DNA of 64,000 nucleotides from Narcine bancroftii. Lineage: Eukaryota. The stretch covers positions 200,818,001-200,882,000 of the forward strand of contig NC_091473.1 of the NCBI RefSeq assembly GCF_036971445.1, written 5' to 3'. The notes beneath the pieces are model-generated. The model was not told the origin of the DNA, did not search any database, and saw only the letters and a program-made list of their open reading frames with translations. The first letter of the stretch is position 1; each line of letters starts with the position of its first letter. The translations under genes were made by a program, and so were the position numbers. Below, one piece after another: positions 59,299-64,000 of this stretch.

Positions 59299-62093
59299 CG
59301 AACCACCTGTCACAGACACACAGCTCCTGGTCCAGAGACGGCATCGACCCGCAGCTCAGGCCACAATGACCCTTCCGCGGAGGCAGGTGCTTGGGTCCGG
59401 ACAAGAGGCGGTGACTATAGTTTGAACCTGGCGGTTCTGAAGTGGACGGACTTGTCGCTCCAAGAAGGAAGCGGCCTGGTGCCGTCCACGTTTCTGCAGG
59501 ATCTCCACCTATGGGCGTTGAGTGAGGGGCCCTGTCACCCGGAACGCGCCGCGGCCCGGCCGGTGGGACGAGAAGCTCATAATGCGCGATTCCGGACCAC
59601 ACTCGGCTCGGTGTCCTCTGACTTCCCAAAATCTTCCGACCCTACTACTCATAAAACGGTGCTGCGGGTCCAAAGCGAGATCGTTGCCGGCGACAGCGAG
59701 TGAAGTGCGGGAGAATTCCGAGCCGGAGTGGTCTAGAGGGTGGGAGTTGGTGAGGGACAAAGAGGAGGGAGGGGATGAACTGAGAAAGGAGGGATAAGGG
59801 GTAGGGGTAGAGAGAGCGAATGGGCACTGGGAGGGAATGGGAAGGCGAGAGAGGATGAACGGTGAGGGGCGGAGGGAAGGGAGACGGAGGTGTATGAATT
59901 GGACAGCGAAGAGTGGAGGGGAGAGATGGAGGGAAGATATGAAAAGAAGGGGATGGAGAGACAGAAGGAGGAGGAGGTGGATGGATTGGGGAGGTAGGAG
60001 AGTGGGACTTTGTGTATTTCAGGTCAGTGGGCCAAGTTTACAATAATGGGAGGATGCAGCAATGTAGGGCGATGAGAAAGCGCGATGCAAGTTCCAGGGG
60101 AACAAAGGGAACATCCTTCCTCAAGTCAGGAGACCAGAACTACACAGTTCTCCAGATACGGCTTCACAAGTATCTTGTTCAGTTGCAGCATACCGTCCCT
60201 ACTCTTAAATTCAATCCCTATAGCAATGAAGGCCAACATTTATCTGATTGATCGCCTGCTGCATTTGCAATTCAACCTTTTGCAATTCATGCACAAGCAC
60301 TTCCAAGTCTTTCTGTATGGCAGCTTGCTGCAATCACTTGGAATTTAAATAATAATAATCTAATCTTCCATTTTTCCTTCCAAAGTTCACATTTACCAAG
60401 ATTGTTCTCCATCTGCCAGACCTTTGCCCACTCACGTAACCAATCTATATCTTTCTGCAACCTCTCAGCACAATTTGCTTTTCCACTCAATTTACTGTAA
60501 TCAGCAAACTTCGATACACTACACTCTGTCCACTCTTCTAGATCGCTGATGTATACTGAGAACAGTTGGGGGCCCAGCACCGACCCCTGACTTGCCTGTG
60601 CCTCTCCTGTCAACATGCATTCTTTCATCTATTTAACAAACACAGCTTTCCCATTTCCAAGACGACTGTTTTAGGTCAAACCCTCCTGCCAGACCAACCC
60701 CAGCACATCTCCCTGACATGATCTGGGTGCTCCTCCACATCAAGTCTAACAGACCCCACCCTGCACCTCAGCCACAGAATCAACTTCAATGTCTTTCAAT
60801 TGCTTGCTTTTAACTTGCTATCCAAGACTCAATTTTTTCTTTGACAAACCTCACCTTGTTTATGTTGCCGACCTTGTTGGTACGAAGGTCCACACTGATC
60901 GGCCCATATTGCACACATCCCACCTACAGTGGAAGAGAGCCACGTGGTCCATATATCTGAAGCCATCACACCTACACCAGCTCCTTAGTCACATGTTTGA
61001 CTGGAACGTTTTCCCATTTCTCCCCTCATCCTTAGATGACAACACTGCGTTTCTAATTTTGGATGCTATAAACTCTACCTGCAAGATCTCATCTCTCTTC
61101 CTGCCAATGTCATCAGTACCACGATGAACCACCAACTCCGGCTGTTCTTTCTCTCCGTCCAGGAGACTGGACCCTGAACCTGTTGTGAAACATCTGTGAC
61201 CCTGGCACCAAGGAGGCAACTCCCCGTCCTGGATACCCCCTCACACGTGCGTGTCTGTGCCCCGGACTCCAGAGTCCTCAGTCCCTGGGCACCGGGATTG
61301 AGAACCACCCGGCTTCACAGCAGCCCCAGTGGTGGGGCCACGGACCCGGCTGATGCTGCTGTTTCCCCTGAGAAAGGATCTCTCCCCAATAGGATGCCCC
61401 GGATGCCCGTGTGTGAGACAGGGACGGTGACGGGCCTCCTGCCCCACTCCCGTCCTGTGGTGGGGACCCTGTCCCTGCCCCTCCTGTGTGGAACCCTGTC
61501 TGCCCCCTGACCCCCCTCCCCCTCCCACCATCAGTCCGATTGCTGCCCCCACCCATCCGTGCGGCCGGGGGAACAGGGGCTGCAGCCGGATACACTTTTC
61601 TCGCTGATTCCCCTCCCCGTGTGACAGGAGGCGCGGCTCCTGCCCTCACCCACCTCCCCGGGCCGACTGTGGAAGGACAGGTCCCGGCCGGACCTTGGTT
61701 CCGTCCTCAACCCCCCGGCAGCACCGGGTCCACCTTAGGGTAGCCCGGCTGCTCCGCCTGCCCAAGTCTCACCTCCACCCCCGGGCCCAGCAACATGTAC
61801 AGACCAGTTGCTGAGGGAACGACGCTGGCGGGTTATGTGACGTCAGTCCGTAGATACCTGGGCCGGGTCACGCCGTCATGTGACGGCAGCCCGGGAGGAG
61901 AGGTCAATCAGAGCCCTTTCCAGGTCGAATCTGCCCCAGGGGAAGCGAAGTTTTAATTGTAACCGGGAACAAGGGGGAAATAAAGCAGCGAGGGGTGAGG
62001 GGGATAAATAAAGAAGGGAAACGGGAGTGTGGGATAAAACTGGCCCGAAATGGGGAAATAGACGGTCAGAGTTCATGTTGAGGGTTTTCACAG

Positions 62094-62507
62094 GCAAACG
62101 GTGCCGAAAGTGAGCGGCGAAGCTGCGCTCAGTGAGTGTCGGGCGGGCGGGCTCTGGGCTCAGTGATGGACAATAAGGAGAGAGCAGATTGAGAAAGAGG
62201 GTTTAGCATCATCCTGCTCAAACGTTGGTTCGGACACGGCTGGAGATGTTGGCGATGGAATCCGATTTCCGCGCTCCCTCCCTCCCTCCCTCCATCATGT
62301 TCCCGCGGCTTCAGTGGACGAGGCTCCCTTTCAAACGGACCCGCGTCTCCTCTCCCCGATCCGGTTGAGCTCCCTGTCGCCCCACCTTCCGCACAGCGAC
62401 AGCAGCGCCCGGGCCAGAGGGGAGCATTAATCTCCAGTGCGGAAGCAATAAATGGGAACCTTTCCAACAGCCCTAACTCCACATTGGATGAGAACTCAGA
62501 TCAATGA
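62094..62507. repeat. Conserved non-coding ZNF-upstream module, copy 3
   Basis: Near-identical to copies 1 and 2. Confidence 0.9.
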
Positions 62508-62914
62508 TAGATCTTCACTCACATTGTTCCAATTCTGTTTCATTAGGAAGATCATGTTCATCAAGTCCAGGCAGATAACGGAGCTCCGCCCCTTTAAGGA
62601 AGGCGGGGCAGACTTCCCAGAGGCCAACGTCATCACGTTCAACAGCCCGAAGACACGAGGATGAAACTCATGAATACGTTTACAGGCATGCGCAGTGCGC
62701 GTCCCTCCGAAAGGCGATTCAGCACCGGGTCCAGGAATGAGGGGCTCCCGTGGTTCCGGGGCTTGCAACGCCCGGTGAGAGGACGCTTCTCCCCGGTTTC
62801 CGGCCTTAGTGGCAGCCTCGGTGTTGATTTAACCCGCAGCCCAGCTCACCGGGTCCTTCAATCGGTCTGAGCTCAGGGCAGGACTGCATTGACAGGAAAA
62901 GTCTGCGTGACTTA

Positions 62915-64000
62915 AGCTGGTCCACACTGGTGAGAGGCCCTTCATCTGCCCTGAGTGCGAGAAGGCCTTCGCCAGGTTGTCCAACCTTGAGAGACACCTG
63001 CGGGTTCACATCGGGGAGAGGCCCTTCACCTGCCGCAACTGCGGGATGGGCTTTGTTCAGACCACTGGCCTGCAGACGCATCAGTGGGTCCACACCAGGA
63101 AAAGGCCATTCGCCTGCCCCGAGTGCAAGAAGGCCTGAAGGCACACCGACAGGTCCACACTGGGGAGAGGCCCTTTACCTGCGCGATTGCGGGAAGGGAT
63201 TTGCCCAGAGCACCAACCTGAGGACGCATCAGCGGGTCCACACAGGGGAAAAGCCATTCACCTGCCCTGAGTGTGAGAAGGCCTTCACAGATAGATGCAA
63301 TCTTGAGGTACACCGGCGGGTCCACAATGGGGAGAGGCCCTTCATCTGCCCTAATTGTGAGAAGGTTTTTGCCAGGTTGGACAACCTGGCAAAACATCAA
63401 TGAGTGCACACCAGGGAAAAGCCATTCACCTGCCCCAGGTGCGGCAAGGAGTTTTCCTGGTCCACCATCCTCCAGTCACACCTGCGGATCCACACTGGGG
63501 AAAAGCCATTCAACTGCCCTGAATGTGGCAAGGGCTTCACCCAGATCTCCAACCTGAGGACCCACCAGAAGATTCACAGCAGCGACAGGCAGAGTGCAGC
63601 AAGGGCTTCATCCACTCCTCCCATTTGCTGACCCTCCAGTGTGTCCATACCAGGGATAGGCCATTTATTTGCCCCAATGTGGAAAGGGATTTGCCCGGTC
63701 CTCCCACCTGCTGGACCATTGTTGACTATGGAAAGGAATTCGCCCAGTCCTCTAACCTGCTGATCCCCCAGTGGATCCACACTGGGGAGAGGCAATTTAC
63801 CTGCACCATGCAGGAAGGGCTTCACCCATTACTTTTACCTGCAGACCCATCAGCTACTCCACACTGAGGAGAGGAGGTCATTCATCTGCCTTGAGTGCAG
63901 GAAGGGCTTCTCCCAGGTCTCCAAACTACGAACACAGCGGGGCCACACCAGGAAAAAGTGGTTCGCCTGCTGCTTGCCTCAAGTGTGAGAAGCGTTTCAC
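62915..64000 (+). pseudogene. C2H2 ZNF pseudogene (runs off the window)
   Basis: Acceptor/ATG region deleted; fingers with stops and frameshifts; finger order resembles the 32-kb gene. Confidence 0.85.

Noticed and set aside
59251-59703. 150-aa ORF after the V fragment as a constant or Ig domain
   Set aside because: Starts in the V end and crosses the RSS; lacks the canonical Cys/Trp pattern.

Overview
Eukaryotic, vertebrate genomic DNA. The CR1/RTE/L1/Gypsy/ERV repeat mix and an antigen-receptor V segment suggest a jawed vertebrate, probably a cartilaginous fish (inference). The window is a duplicated cluster of finger-only C2H2 zinc-finger genes: 2 long ORFs and 5 pseudogenes, in both orientations. 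It is densely invaded by L1, RTE, CR1, Gypsy and hAT elements. A young, full-length endogenous retrovirus (47363-57910) has near-identical 811-bp LTRs, a tRNA-Trp PBS and a 6-bp TSD, and sits antisense in the 5' region of one ZNF copy. The main signals are: (1) an in-frame 2H-phosphoesterase-like domain between protease and RT in the ERV pol; (2) an orphan TCR-gamma-like V fragment with an essentially intact 23-bp RSS; (3) a ~410-bp non-coding module that is ~98% identical upstream of three otherwise diverged ZNF paralogues; (4) an aberrant ERV right end retaining PBS sequence; (5) an unidentified multi-exon pseudogene at 2.2-4.4 kb. All identities were estimated by eye and no database searches were run.
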